Both the position numbers and the translations under genes were made by a program. 64,000 nucleotides of DNA from an uncultured Actinomycetes bacterium (GTDB lineage: Bacteria; Actinomycetota; UBA4738; HRBIN12): the NCBI GenBank assembly GCA_963704725.1, contig OY969934.1, forward strand, positions 1,600,001 to 1,664,000, given 5' to 3'. Of the stretch, positions 39,821 through 49,185 are shown one piece after another (the stretch's first letter is position 1; each line of letters opens with the position of its first letter). The notes beneath the pieces are model-generated. The model was not told the DNA's origin. It searched no databases and saw nothing but the letters and a program-made list of their open reading frames with translations.

Positions 39821-41215
39821 ATGCTGCTGACGATCACGTGCCGAACGCCGCCGGCGACCGATCTCGGGTTCCTGCTCCACAAGAACCCGAGCAACCTCCG
39901 CACGGTCGAGCTGTCCTTCGGCCGGGCCCACGTGTTCTACCCGGAGGCCTCCGAGGAGCGGTGCACGGCCGCCCTGCTCCTGGAGGTCGATCCGATCTCG
40001 CTCGTGCGCCGTGGCCGCGACCGCAGCGGGTTCGCGCTCGCCGAATACGTCAACGACCGCCCGTATGTGGCGTCGTCGTTCCTCAGCGTGGCGATCGCGA
40101 AGCTGTTCGGGACGGCGATGGCCGGGCGCAGCGAGGACCGGCCTCAGCTCGTGGACAGGCCGCTGCGGCTCGAAGCTCGGATGCCGGTGGTGCCGAGCGA
40201 CGGGGGAGCGGAGCTCGTCCGCCGGCTGTTCGTCCCGCTCGGCTACGACGTGGCCGCCGAGCCGATCGCCCTCGACGAGCGCTTCCCGGCGTGGGGTGAC
40301 AGCCGCTACCTCGACGTCAGGCTCACGGGATCCGTCCGGCTTCGCGATCTGCTCGGGCATCTGTACGTCCTGCTCCCCGTGCTCGACGACGAGAAGCACT
40401 ACTGGGTGTCGCGCGCCGAGATCGATAAGCTGCTCGCTCGCGGCGAGGGCTGGCTGGCCGGACATCCCGAACGCGAACTGATCGCGCGGCGCTACCTTCG
40501 CCATCAGCCGCGACTGGCGCGCGAGGCGCTCGCACGGCTCGTCGAGGAGGACCAGCCCGATCCCGACGACGAGCAGACGCGGCGCGACCGGAGCGAGGAG
40601 GTTCTCGAGCGTGCGGTCGGCCTGAGGGACGAGCGGATCGCCAGGGTGGTCTCGGTGCTGAAGTCCGCCGGTGCCCGCCGCGTGCTCGATCTCGGCTGTG
40701 GCGCCGGCCGTCTGATGCAAGCGCTCCTGCGCGAGAGCCAGTTCGATGAGATCGTCGGCGTCGACGTGTCTTCCGGGGCGCTCGCGGCGGCCGGGCGGAG
40801 GCTCCGCATGGACGAGATGGCGCCCAAGCAGCGGGAGCGGGTCCGCCTGCTCCAGGGGGCGCTGACCTACCGGGACCGCCGGCTCGCCGGCTACGACGCC
40901 GCCGTCCTCATGGAGGTGATCGAGCACCTCGACACGGGCCGGCTGGCGGCTCTCGAGCGGTCCGTGTTCGCCGAGGCGGCGCCCGCCGCCGTGATCGTGA
41001 CGACGCCGAACGCCGAGTACAACGCCCGCTTCCCGTCGCTGCCGGCGGGATCGCTCCGGCACCGCGACCACCGGTTCGAGTGGACCCGGCGCGAGTTCCG
41101 CTCGTGGGCCGAGGGCGTCGCGGATCGGAACGGCTACGGCGTCCGGTTCGAGGACGTCGGGCCGGGCGACCCGGAGCTCGGCGCGCCGACCCAGATGGCG
41201 GTGCTGGCGCGGTGA
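39821..41215 (+). CDS. hen1: 3'-terminal RNA ribose 2'-O-methyltransferase Hen1
   Basis: ATDLGFLLHKNP, YVNDRPY, DDEKHYWV, DLGCG, EVIEH, TTPNAEYN, RHRDHRFEWTR. Confidence 0.96.
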   Translation: MLLTITCRTPPATDLGFLLHKNPSNLRTVELSFGRAHVFYPEASEERCTAALLLEVDPISLVRRGRDRSGFALAEYVNDRPYVASSFLSVAIAKLFGTAMAGRSEDRPQLVDRPLRLEARMPVVPSDGGAELVRRLFVPLGYDVAAEPIALDERFPAWGDSRYLDVRLTGSVRLRDLLGHLYVLLPVLDDEKHYWVSRAEIDKLLARGEGWLAGHPERELIARRYLRHQPRLAREALARLVEEDQPDPDDEQTRRDRSEEVLERAVGLRDERIARVVSVLKSAGARRVLDLGCGAGRLMQALLRESQFDEIVGVDVSSGALAAAGRRLRMDEMAPKQRERVRLLQGALTYRDRRLAGYDAAVLMEVIEHLDTGRLAALERSVFAEAAPAAVIVTTPNAEYNARFPSLPAGSLRHRDHRFEWTRREFRSWAEGVADRNGYGVRFEDVGPGDPELGAPTQMAVLAR

Positions 41216-43740
41216 CGGCGATCCGGATCCCGGAGCTCTCCCTCGTCGTGCTCGTCGGCGCGAGCGGGTCGGGCAAGTCCACCTTCGCGAGCCGGCACTT
41301 CCGGCCGACGGAGGTGCTCTCATCGGACGCGTTCCGGGGGATCGTGGGCGACGACGAGAACGACATGGCGGTCACGGCCGAGGCCTTCGACGCGCTGCAC
41401 CACGTGGCCGCCCTCCGCCTGAGGCTGGGGCGTCTCACCGTGGTCGACGCCACGAACGTCCAGCCGAGCGCGCGCGCTCCGCTCGTCGAGCTGGCTCGCG
41501 CCCACCACGTGCTTCCCGTCGCCGTCGTCCTGGACGTTCCCGAACGCACGTGCCTGGAGCGCAACCGCCTCCGGCCCGATCGCGACTTCGGCGCGCACGT
41601 CGTCCGTCGCCAGCTCTCGTCGCTCCGCCGGTCCCTCGGCCGCCTCGAGCGCGAGGGATTCCGGCGCGTGTTCGTGCTGCGCGGGGAAGCGGAGGTCGAG
41701 GGCGCCGAGGTCACCCGGGAGCGGTCGTGGACCGACCGCTCGGACGAGCGCGGGCCGTTCGACATCGTGGGCGACGTGCATGGATGCCACGACGAGCTGA
41801 TCGAGCTCCTGGCCGAGCTGGGCTACGTCGCGGCGGACGGCGTGTGGCGGCACCCCGAGGGACGGACGGCGGTGTTCCTCGGCGACCTGGTCGATCGGGG
41901 ACCGAACACACCGGCGGTCCTTCGGACGGTGATGGCCATGGTGAAGGCGGACACGGCGATCTGCGTCCCGGGCAACCACGAGAACAAGCTCGTTCGCTCG
42001 ATGAAGGGCCGCGACGTGCAGGTCGCCCACGGGCTGGCCGAGACCCTCGAGCAGCTCGGCGGCGAGCCGGAGGACTTCCGTCGCGAGGCGCTCGAGTTCC
42101 TGGACGGTCTCGTCAGCCACTTCGTGCTCGACGGGGGACGGCTGGTGGTGGCGCACGCGGGCATGCGGCAGGAGATGCAGGGCCGCGCGTCGGCCGCCGT
42201 CCGGGCCTTCGCGCTCTACGGCGAGACCACCGGCGAGATCGACGAGTTCGGATTGCCGGTTCGGTACCGGTGGGCGCAGGACTACCGGGGGTCGGCGATG
42301 GTCGTCTACGGGCACACGCCCGTCCCGGAGCCCGTCTGGCTGAACCACACGATCTGCGTCGACACCGGATGTGTCTTCGGCGGGCGCCTGACCGCCCTCA
42401 GGTACCCGGAGCGAACGCTCGTCTCGGTCCGCGCGCGCCGGACGTACTACGAACCGGCCCGGCCGGTCGCGCCGGCGGACGGCGAGGGCGGGGCCGACGA
42501 CGGAGGGCTGGATCTCGAGGACGTGATGGGCCGGCGGGGCGTGGAGACGAGGCTCCACGGCCGGCTCTCGATCCCGCCCGAGCAGGCGGCCGCGGCTCTG
42601 GAGGCGATGAGCCGGTTCGCCCTGGATCCCCGGTGGCTCGTGTACCTGCCGCCGACGATGGCGCCGACCGCGACGAGCGATCGGACCGATCTGCTCGAAC
42701 ACCCCGACGAGGCGTTCGCGGCGTACGCGCGCGACGGCGTGCGCCGGGTCGTGTGCGAGGAGAAGCACATGGGCTCGCGGGCCGTCGTGATCGTGTGCCG
42801 GGGCGGCGACGTCGCGGCCCGCCGGTTCGGCGTCCCGAGCGACCTCGGAACGATCTACACGCGCACCGGCCGCCCCTTCTTCGCCGACGCCGAGCTGGAG
42901 CGCGCGGTGCTCGCCGAGGTGCGAGCCGCGGCGGAGCGGGCGGGCCTGTGGGACGAGCTCTCCACCGACTGGCTGGCCCTCGACGCCGAGCTGCTGCCGT
43001 GGTCGGTGAAGGCCGAGGAGCTCCTGCGCTCGCAGTACGCCTCGGTGGGCGCATCGGCCGGAGCCGCCCTGGCCGCCGGCGAGGCCGCGGTCGCCGCCGC
43101 CGCCGGCCGGGGGGTCGAGATCGGCGAGCTGTGGGATCGCACGCGGGAGCGCCGCGGGGCGGCGGAGGCGTTCGTGCGGGCGTACCGCCCCTTCTGCTGG
43201 GCGGTGGGTTCCGTGGCGGATCTCCGGCTCGCGCCGTTCCAGGTGTTGGGGGCCGGGGAGTCGACCTTCTTCGACCGGCCGAACGCCTGGCATCTCGAGG
43301 TCGCCGACCGGCTGGCGGACGCCTCCGACGGCCTGCTGATCCGGACGCGAAGCCTCGCGGTCGACGTCGCCGATGCCGAGAGCCGGGCGCGAGGGGCCGC
43401 GTGGTGGGAGGAGCTGACCGCGTCGGGGTGCGAGGGCATGGTGGTCAAGCCGCCCGAGCCCGTCACGCGCGGACGGCGCGGACTCGTGCAGCCCGGCGTC
43501 AAGGTTCGGGGCCGGGAGTACCTCCGCATCATCTACGGGCCCGAGTACACGGAGCCGGCGAACCTCACCCGACTCCGGCAGCGCTCGCTCGGCCCGAAGC
43601 GGTCGCTGGCGCTGCGGGAGTTCGCGCTCGGGGTCGAGGCGATGGAGCGGTTCGCCCGGGGCGAACCGCTCCATCGCGTCCACGAGTGCGTGTTCGCGGT
43701 CCTGGCGCTCGAGAGCGAGCCCGTCGACCCGCGACTCTGA
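41212..43740 (+). CDS. pnkp: polynucleotide kinase-phosphatase-ligase Pnkp
   Basis: GASGSGKST kinase; GDVHG, GDLVDRG, GNHE phosphoesterase; EEKHMGSR and EGMVVKP ligase; VDPRL end. Confidence 0.96.
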   Translation: MTAIRIPELSLVVLVGASGSGKSTFASRHFRPTEVLSSDAFRGIVGDDENDMAVTAEAFDALHHVAALRLRLGRLTVVDATNVQPSARAPLVELARAHHVLPVAVVLDVPERTCLERNRLRPDRDFGAHVVRRQLSSLRRSLGRLEREGFRRVFVLRGEAEVEGAEVTRERSWTDRSDERGPFDIVGDVHGCHDELIELLAELGYVAADGVWRHPEGRTAVFLGDLVDRGPNTPAVLRTVMAMVKADTAICVPGNHENKLVRSMKGRDVQVAHGLAETLEQLGGEPEDFRREALEFLDGLVSHFVLDGGRLVVAHAGMRQEMQGRASAAVRAFALYGETTGEIDEFGLPVRYRWAQDYRGSAMVVYGHTPVPEPVWLNHTICVDTGCVFGGRLTALRYPERTLVSVRARRTYYEPARPVAPADGEGGADDGGLDLEDVMGRRGVETRLHGRLSIPPEQAAAALEAMSRFALDPRWLVYLPPTMAPTATSDRTDLLEHPDEAFAAYARDGVRRVVCEEKHMGSRAVVIVCRGGDVAARRFGVPSDLGTIYTRTGRPFFADAELERAVLAEVRAAAERAGLWDELSTDWLALDAELLPWSVKAEELLRSQYASVGASAGAALAAGEAAVAAAAGRGVEIGELWDRTRERRGAAEAFVRAYRPFCWAVGSVADLRLAPFQVLGAGESTFFDRPNAWHLEVADRLADASDGLLIRTRSLAVDVADAESRARGAAWWEELTASGCEGMVVKPPEPVTRGRRGLVQPGVKVRGREYLRIIYGPEYTEPANLTRLRQRSLGPKRSLALREFALGVEAMERFARGEPLHRVHECVFAVLALESEPVDPRL

Positions 43741-43772
43741 GCGCGAGCGGCCCAGCCAGCGCCGGCGAGCGG

Positions 43773-44636
43773 CTATCCCTCGACGGCCTCGCCCTGCGGC
43801 GACACCACGTACCACACGTCGCCGATCTCCTGTCCGTTCGTGTCGCCGGGCTGCTGGTCGCCGCCGAAGTAGTAAAGCGGGTGGCCCGCGTACGTGACCT
43901 GGACGGTGCCGTCCGTCCGCTCGGTGGTCCCGAGCAGCGAGTCGTCGATGCCCTGCCCGCCGGCCGGATCGCCCGTGGCCTCGAAGGCGGGCCAGTTCGC
44001 AGCGCAGTCGTCGTAGCACGTGCTCGTGCCGTCGGTGTCGTTCTCGAACAGATACAGGGTGTTGCCGTCGGCGTCCGTGAGGATGGTCCCGAGCGATGAG
44101 TCCTCGGCCTCGACCTCGGTCTGCCCGGTGGCCTCGTCGCCGCCTCCCTCGTCGCCGCCCTCGACGGCCTCGCCCTGCGGGGACACCACGTACCACACGT
44201 CGCCGATCTCCTGCCCGTTCGTGTCGCCGGGCTGCTGGTCGCCGCCGAAGTAGTACAGGGGCTGGTCGGCGTAGGTGACCTGCACCGTGCCGTCGGTCCG
44301 CTCCGTGGTCCCGAGGAGCGACCCGTCGGCGCCCTGTCCCGCCACGGGGTCGCCGTCGGTCGACAGGGCGGGCCAGTTGGCCGCGCAGTCGTCATAGCAC
44401 GTGCTCGTGCCGTCGGTGTCGTTCTCGAACACATACAGGGTGTTGCCGTCGGCATCCGTGAGGATGGTGCCGAGCTCGGAGTCGGCGGCCACCACCTCCG
44501 ACCCTCCCGATGCGGACCCCGCCGACGGAGACACGGCGCCCCCGCTCCCGGCCTGACCACCGTTGTCGTCGTTCGAGCAGGCGGCGAGGACCAGCAACAT
44601 CGCCGGCGCGACGAGGAGTAGCTTCGTTCTCTGCAT
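43773..44636 (-). CDS. COG4315 lipoprotein with duplicated Yx(F/W/Y)xxD domains
   Basis: lipobox LAAC; two near-identical halves (period ~381 bp) of TLYxFEND…CYDDCAANWP…PLYYFGGD…W. Confidence 0.88.
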   Translation of the reverse strand: MQRTKLLLVAPAMLLVLAACSNDDNGGQAGSGGAVSPSAGSASGGSEVVAADSELGTILTDADGNTLYVFENDTDGTSTCYDDCAANWPALSTDGDPVAGQGADGSLLGTTERTDGTVQVTYADQPLYYFGGDQQPGDTNGQEIGDVWYVVSPQGEAVEGGDEGGGDEATGQTEVEAEDSSLGTILTDADGNTLYLFENDTDGTSTCYDDCAANWPAFEATGDPAGGQGIDDSLLGTTERTDGTVQVTYAGHPLYYFGGDQQPGDTNGQEIGDVWYVVSPQGEAVEG

Positions 44637-44771
44637 GGTGGAGACTCCTTCACGGACGGGCGCCGTGACGGCGCGACGGATAGGTCGTGGCGAGCTCGCT
44701 TCCCGGGTCTACGGACGGGCGGCGCGTTCGGTTCGCGGTCCGGCGCCGATGGCTTCGGGTAGCGTGAGGCC

Positions 44772-45755
44772 GTGGAGCTCCGAACGCTGGGCAGGACCGA
44801 CTACCGCGTCGGCGCGGTGGGGTTCGGTGCATGGCAGATCGGCGGCGACGCCTGGGGGCCGGTGGACGAGGAGGCCGGCCTCGACGCGCTCCACGCCGCG
44901 GCCGACGCCGGCGTGACGTTCTTCGACACGGCCGACGTCTACGGGGACGGCCGGAGCGAGCGGCTGATCGGACGGTTCCTGCGCGAACGCGACGAGCGGC
45001 TCGTGGTCGCGACGAAGGTGGGCCGACGAGCCCCGCAGGAGCTGTCCAGCTACCGCGCCGCGAACCTCCGGGCATGGGTGGATCGCTGCCGGGAGAACCT
45101 CGGCGTGGAGTCGCTGGACCTCGTTCAGCTCCACTGCCCGCCCGACGAGGTGTACGAGGCCACCGAGGTCTTCGAGGCGATGGACGCGCTCGTTGCCGAC
45201 GGCGTCATGGCCCACTACGGCGTGAGCGTCGAGACCGTCGAGCAGGCGCTGCGCGCGATCGGCCACCCGAACGTCGCGACGGTCCAGATCATCTTCAACA
45301 TGTTCCGGCACAAGCCCGCGCGCGAGCTCTTCGATGCGGCCGCCGGTGCGAACGTCGGCGTGATCGCCCGCGTGCCGCTCGCCTCCGGCTTGCTCACGGG
45401 ATCGATCGGTCGCGACGCTTCGTTCGCCGAACGAGACCATCGGAGCTACAACCGGGAGGGCCAGGAGTTCGACCAGGGGGAGACGTTCTCGGGCGTGCCG
45501 CTCGACGTCGGGGTCGAGGCGGTGCAGGAGCTCCGAGGCCTGGCCGGGGACGGGGCCACGCTCGCCCAGGTGGCGCTGCGGTGGATCCTGATGTTCCCGG
45601 AGGTCGGCACCGTCATCCCCGGGGCGCGAAGCGCGGACCAGGCGCGGCAGAACGCCGCGGCGGGCTCGCTGCCGCCGCTCGGGGACGACGTCATGTCGCT
45701 GGTGGCGGACGTGTACGAGCGGCGGATCGCGCCGCTCGTCGACCATCGTTGGTAG
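44772..45755 (+). CDS. aldo/keto reductase
   Basis: GFGAWQIGG, FFDTADVYGDGRSE, ATKVG, DLVQLH, PLASGLL, IPG. Confidence 0.93.
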   Translation: MELRTLGRTDYRVGAVGFGAWQIGGDAWGPVDEEAGLDALHAAADAGVTFFDTADVYGDGRSERLIGRFLRERDERLVVATKVGRRAPQELSSYRAANLRAWVDRCRENLGVESLDLVQLHCPPDEVYEATEVFEAMDALVADGVMAHYGVSVETVEQALRAIGHPNVATVQIIFNMFRHKPARELFDAAAGANVGVIARVPLASGLLTGSIGRDASFAERDHRSYNREGQEFDQGETFSGVPLDVGVEAVQELRGLAGDGATLAQVALRWILMFPEVGTVIPGARSADQARQNAAAGSLPPLGDDVMSLVADVYERRIAPLVDHRW

Positions 45756-45766
45756 AGGGAGGAACC

Positions 45767-46759
45767 GTGTCCAAGGTCCGGTGGGGTGTGCTGTCGACGG
45801 CGAACATCGGGGTCGCCAAGGTGATCCCCGGGATGCGCCGGGGCGACCGGTCGGAGGTCGTGGCCATCGCCTCGCGGGACGCCGCGACGGCCGAGGAGGC
45901 GGCGCGCCGCCTCGAGATCCCCCGGGCGCACGGGAGCTACGGGGCCCTGCTCGAGGACCCCGACGTCGAGGCCGTGTACATCCCGCTCCCGAACCACCTG
46001 CACGCGGAGTGGACGATGCGCGCCGCCGCCGCGGGCAAGCACGTGCTCTGCGAGAAGCCGCTCGCGATGAGCGCACGCGAGGCGGCCGAGATGGTCGAGG
46101 CCTGCGCGGAGGCCGGCGTGAAGCTCATGGAGGCGTTCATGTACCGCCTGCACCCGCAATGGGTTCGGGTCCGCGAGGTCGTGGCGTCGGGTCGGCTCGG
46201 CGAGCTGCGGGCCGTCGAGTCCTTCTTCTCGTACTTCAACGACGACCCTCAGGACATCCGCAACGTCGTCGACTTCGGGGGCGGCGCGCTGATGGACGTG
46301 GGGTGTTACCCGATCAACGTGTCGCGGATGCTCTTCGGGACCGAGCCCACGCGGGTGCAGGCGTCGATCCGCCGCGATCCGCGGTTCGGGACGGATGTCG
46401 TGACCTCCGCGCTGATGGAGTTCGGGCAGGGTCATTCCGCGTTCACCTGCGCCACGCAGCTCGAGCCCTATCAGCGGGTCCACGTGGTCGGGACCGAGGG
46501 GCGACTGCTCGTGGAGATCCCGTTCAACATCCCCACGGACCGCCCGTCGCGCCTCCTGCTCACCGCAGGAGGTGATCCGCCCGTCGCGCCCAACACCGAG
46601 GTGATCGAGGTCCCGGCTGCCGATCAGTACGGCGTCATGGCCGATGGGTTCGCCCGGGCGATCTTGGAGGACGGGCCGGTGCCCACGCCGCCGGACGACG
46701 CCGTCGCGAACATGGCGGTCATCGAGCGGGTGGTCGCCGCGGCCGAAACCGAGGGCTGA
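45767..46759 (+). CDS. Gfo/Idh/MocA family oxidoreductase
   Basis: WGVLSTANIG, YIPLPNHLH, HVLCEKP, GGALMDVGCY. Confidence 0.93.
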   Translation: MSKVRWGVLSTANIGVAKVIPGMRRGDRSEVVAIASRDAATAEEAARRLEIPRAHGSYGALLEDPDVEAVYIPLPNHLHAEWTMRAAAAGKHVLCEKPLAMSAREAAEMVEACAEAGVKLMEAFMYRLHPQWVRVREVVASGRLGELRAVESFFSYFNDDPQDIRNVVDFGGGALMDVGCYPINVSRMLFGTEPTRVQASIRRDPRFGTDVVTSALMEFGQGHSAFTCATQLEPYQRVHVVGTEGRLLVEIPFNIPTDRPSRLLLTAGGDPPVAPNTEVIEVPAADQYGVMADGFARAILEDGPVPTPPDDAVANMAVIERVVAAAETEG

Positions 46760-46760
46760 G

Positions 46761-47537
46761 TCAGGCCCGGCCGTCCGCGAGCGACCGCGCGCTCGCGAGG
46801 GCTGCGGCGGCTCCCGACGCGAGGAGATCGGCGTCGACCGCCGGGCAGACGAAGCGGAAGCCGCGCTCGACCATCCGAGCCGCGCGCTCGGGGGAGGGGG
46901 CATGCACCCCGGCCACGATGCGGCGGCGGCGGCTCGCGGCCACGACGGCGTCCAGGGCCTCCAGCAGGTTGGGGTCGGACAGGTCCGCGAAGCTCGACAG
47001 GCCGAGAGCGAGGCTGAGATCGGCCGGGCCCACGTACAGGCCGTCGAGGCCCGGGGTCGAGGCGATCTCGTCGACGGCGGCAAGGCCCTCGGCGGTCTCG
47101 ATCATCGCGAACACGAGGGTCTCGGCCTCGGCTCGGCGGACCTGCTCCGAGCCCGAGCCGAACGCCCCGCGGACGGGCCCGTAGCTCCGGGCGCCGGTCG
47201 GGGGGTACCTGGCGAAGGCGACGAGGGCCTCGGCCTCGGTGCGTGAGCCGACCATGGGGCAGATCACCCCGCGGGCCCCGACGTCGAGCGCGCGCATGAT
47301 CTCGGCGGGATCGTTCCACCGCAGTCTGACGAGCGGCACCGCGCCGGCCCGCTCGATCGCTTCGAGGATCGCCGGCGCGTCCCCGGGCTCGGCCTCCCCA
47401 TGCTGAGCGTCCAGCGTGACCGCGTCGAACCCCGCGGCGGCCAGCAGCCCGGCCGAACCCCGCCCGGCCAGCGCGAGCCACGCGTTCCACACGACCCGGT
47501 CGCCGGCCAAGCGCCCACGGAGCTCCTCGATCGACAT
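46761..47537 (-). CDS. HpcH/HpaI aldolase family protein
   Basis: DAQHG, ALDVGARGVICPMV, YPPTGARS, MIET, YVGPADL. Confidence 0.9.
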   Translation of the reverse strand: MSIEELRGRLAGDRVVWNAWLALAGRGSAGLLAAAGFDAVTLDAQHGEAEPGDAPAILEAIERAGAVPLVRLRWNDPAEIMRALDVGARGVICPMVGSRTEAEALVAFARYPPTGARSYGPVRGAFGSGSEQVRRAEAETLVFAMIETAEGLAAVDEIASTPGLDGLYVGPADLSLALGLSSFADLSDPNLLEALDAVVAASRRRRIVAGVHAPSPERAARMVERGFRFVCPAVDADLLASGAAAALASARSLADGRA

Positions 47538-47625
47538 CGGCGCATCGTAGAGCCCTGGGGCGGCTTGAGGCGCCTGCTCGGGCGGCCGTACACTGCCCGT
47601 ACCGACCTCCCGAGGAGGGGTTGTC

Positions 47626-48288
47626 GTGCCCGACGACGTGCCGGACGACGGCTGGAACGACCCGGAGCCCGAAGCCGAAGCTCCCGAGGTCGGGCACGAC
47701 GACATCATGAAGCGGCTCGTCGACTACCAGCGGTCCCTCCGCGAGGGGGCGTCGCCCACGGAGGCGGTCGAGACCCTCTTCACCGAACGGCTCCAGACGG
47801 AGAGCCCCACCACGACCGGCGAGCTCGTGGACCTGTCCTCGGCGGATCCGACCTTCGAGGTCGAGTCCCTCCCGGAGCCCGCCGACGAGATCGAGCCCGA
47901 GCCGGCGGGTCCGTCGCCCTCGGAGCCGGTGCCGGCCACCCTCGGCGAGGAGCCCGAACCGGAGATGGCAGCGTCCCGCGAGGAGCCCGAACCGGAGACG
48001 ACGGAGGTGGCCCACGAGCGCGAGCCGGCGATCGAGGAGGAGCCGGACGTCGGGCCAGAGCCGGTGCCGGGCTACGTCACCATCCCGGCGAACGTGGGCG
48101 GGTTGCCGGCCGAAACCCGGACGGAGCTCGAAGAGCGGCTCACGGCGCTTGAGGATCGGCTCCAGCGTCTCGGATCGAAGGTGGGCGAACTGCGCCGCAA
48201 CTTCCAGGACATGGCGATCGCCGCCGACGAGCGACTCGCCTCCATGGAGGACGAGATCGGCCGCGTCGCTCACGAAGGTGAGATGTAG
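47626..48288 (+). CDS. acidic Pro/Glu-rich hypothetical protein with C-terminal coiled coil
   Basis: GGAGG RBS; low-complexity EPEP middle; heptad-like C-terminus. Confidence 0.6.
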   Translation: MPDDVPDDGWNDPEPEAEAPEVGHDDIMKRLVDYQRSLREGASPTEAVETLFTERLQTESPTTTGELVDLSSADPTFEVESLPEPADEIEPEPAGPSPSEPVPATLGEEPEPEMAASREEPEPETTEVAHEREPAIEEEPDVGPEPVPGYVTIPANVGGLPAETRTELEERLTALEDRLQRLGSKVGELRRNFQDMAIAADERLASMEDEIGRVAHEGEM

Positions 48289-48337
48289 CCCGAGCTTCGG
48301 AAACGGGCTCCGCACGGTGCCCCTAGACTCGGGGAAC

Positions 48338-48411
48338 GGGGCGGTAGCTCAGTTGGTCAGAGCAGCGGACTCATAATCCGTCGGTCGCTGGTTCAAGTCC
48401 AGCCCGCCCCA
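48338..48411 (+). tRNA. tRNA with CAT anticodon, most likely tRNA-Ile2 (lysidine); CCA not encoded
   Basis: GGGGCGG/CCGCCCC acceptor stem with paired 1:72 (not initiator), CT-CAT-AA loop, GTTCAAG T-loop; TAGACT -10 at 48324-48329. Confidence 0.92.
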
Positions 48412-48540
48412 CGAGGAAGAGCCCTGGTCAGAGCCCATACCCTGGCTTTGGTGCGCTTGTCCCGGGGAGGGGCCGTCCCGCGGCGTTCCGCGACCCAGGG
48501 CCGTGCCCAACCGTTGAACGGCCGGTGATAGAAAGGGCCC

Positions 48541-49083
48541 ATGGCGAGGACGTGGTTGTCGGTTCGGGTGGAGCTCGTCGGAGGACGCGGCGAACACTTC
48601 TGGCCTCGCCCCGGGCGGATCTTCGCGGCCGCCCCGACTCACACCTTCGCCGAGCTTGCGAGCGCGATCGACGACGCGTTCGCTCGCTGGGATCGCGCCC
48701 ACCTCCACTCGTTCACTCTCGCCGATGGAACGAGACTGGAGACACCCTACGAGGACTGGGAGGATGGGCCTCCGGCCCTCGATGACCGCCGGGCCAGGCT
48801 CGGCCGGCTCAAGCCGGGGGAGCAGTTCGAGTACGTGTTCGACTTCGGCGACGGCTGGACCCATCTGTGTACCGTGGCCGAAGAACGCGTCGACCCGGAA
48901 CAGATCCTGGGGATCGCTTCGAGCGCTCCGCTTCCCTACTGGGGATGGGGCAACCTCCCCGACCAGTACGGACGACGGTGGGATGGCGACGATGGCGAGT
49001 CCGAGCCGCCCGAGGCCCCGGGCCCGGCTGATCTACCGATCCTTCGACTCCGGTGGGGGCAGGACCCTGAGGCTGAGCCCTGA
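48541..49083 (+). CDS. pRiA4b ORF-3 / IS1096 passenger TnpR-like protein
   Basis: TFAELASAID…WDRAHLHSF…FEYVFDFGDGWTH. Confidence 0.75.
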   Translation: MARTWLSVRVELVGGRGEHFWPRPGRIFAAAPTHTFAELASAIDDAFARWDRAHLHSFTLADGTRLETPYEDWEDGPPALDDRRARLGRLKPGEQFEYVFDFGDGWTHLCTVAEERVDPEQILGIASSAPLPYWGWGNLPDQYGRRWDGDDGESEPPEAPGPADLPILRLRWGQDPEAEP

Positions 49084-49149
49084 TCGCCGCGTTCGTGCAA
49101 CTGCAGAAGGCCACGCCGACGTCATAGGTGCAGTAGCGCAGCCTTCGAG

Positions 49150-49185
49150 ACTGCAAAGTGATACACATACGTTATACTTTGCAGT
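49150..49185. promoter_or_regulatory. abiE promoter/operator
   Basis: perfect ACTGCAAAGT-N16-ACTTTGCAGT inverted repeat overlapping TATACT (49173-49178) and ending at the ATG. Confidence 0.75.
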
